DNA of 64,000 nt, taken from Fistulifera solaris. Its lineage: Eukaryota. The notes below the pieces were generated by a model. The model searched no databases and was not told where the DNA came from. It worked only from the letters and a program-made list of their open reading frames with translations. Numbering within the stretch: position 1 is the first letter of the stretch; every line of letters begins with the position of its first letter. Below are positions 62,991-64,000 of the stretch, piece by piece. The position numbers and the translations under genes are program-made. The stretch lies in the NCBI GenBank assembly GCA_030295235.1, contig AP026125.1, positions 1,426,001 to 1,490,000 on the forward strand. Reading direction: 5' to 3'.

Positions 62991-64000
62991 CGTTAAGCTA
63001 GTTTGAAGCCAATGTAGAAACATCATTTGACTAGACATGAAAATGTAAACGTCTTTGGCGGAAATCTGGAAAATCGACGATAAATGGTAAATGCCTGACA
63101 AAGTTATCTAACCGTGGTGCTTACAAAACATCAAAAGTTGTCCGTTTAGTCTTATTCATCTCACTCCCTGAGCGTATTACTTCCGAAATTTTTTAACGGT
63201 AAAGCTTCAGTCGATGGAGTAACTAAAAATTAGATTGAATCAAACACAAACTGACCGAAGAAAGACGCGAAAGGCGACTTACTTAACTCATAGAAACGCG
63301 AACCCGGCTGCTGGAAATCTTAAGTTTGTATCGAGCCGCAGCTTTAGTTTGCATCAATCATTGCAAGTATAGGTCAGCGATTCCTATGATGCCGCTTCTT
63401 TCCTAAACGCAGTTTCAGCAGTTAATGTTGCAAGTTAAGAGCACATTTTGTTGACGTTTGGTATCATTTTCTTATCTTCATATTTGACGTGAACGTGAGC
63501 ATCCATTTGTGCCGATAGTCAACAAATACCAGGTACTGAGGATGACATTGCTTGCCGGTCAAAGGGGCTAGCAAGTCGAGATGCTTTGTTTGTAGCGATA
63601 AATCAACGACCAGAAACAATGTTCGCCTCTATGTGACTCCGCCATTGTGTTAGACGCTCTTCCAGTGAGGTTAACGACCGTTTCAGTCGACTATGAAGAA
63701 GTAAATGAGGATATCTAGTGCCTCAATCATCATCTTCGTCGCGATAAAGAAAGGCAGTCGATGCCCAAGAGCTGTTATCATCCTACCATAAAAGTAATTG
63801 TACAAATTTCCTCAAGCATATGTAGGCTGCATCAAGCTGGATAAAGCAGGGCAACTTGGCAAAAATAATCATTTCTCGAAAAATGATTTTAGCAAACGAC
63901 CGCCGCATCCACGATCTTATGATTGTAAAGTAGAAAACACTTCGAACAACATCAGCCCAGGAATAGATGGTTTTAGCTGAAATTGATCAGTGTGACCATT

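Noticed and set aside
63000..64000. Possible gene at the window end
   Set aside because: No convincing ORF or recognisable motif.

Overview
Gene-dense eukaryotic nuclear DNA, very probably a diatom: short GT-AG introns of about 60-170 bp, signal peptides ending A-A/F (bipartite plastid targeting), and many single-base frameshifts in essential genes that look like long-read indel errors. About 25 housekeeping genes are present, including TRAPPC12, a cyclophilin-SYF2 fusion, Nup93, UTP11, peroxiredoxin, APX, APC1, MCM9, EndoU, Nup160, a TRP-like channel, ATG4, LSM2, ATG11, NTAQ1, uridine kinase, DAG lipase and ClpP. Highlights: (1) a circularly permuted tRNA-Ile(UAU) gene at 41685-41766 (minus), with the 3' half upstream of the 5' half and a leader and trailer that pair to form a 37/38 splice substrate. 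(2) Next to it, a ~7 kb insert between a decayed copy of the LSM2 5' end and the intact LSM2. It carries what appears to be one spliced minus-strand polyprotein gene: ubiquitin(GG), two herpes-tegument-like deubiquitinase domains, two HNH endonucleases, AP2 and a zinc finger. (3) A plastid-targeted type II peroxiredoxin with an in-frame TGA at the peroxidatic Cys and two SECIS-like hairpins downstream. (4) Several tandem arrays upstream of genes, three of which share a TCCAGAA/TTCTGGA motif. All family assignments come from recognising motifs by eye; no searches were run.
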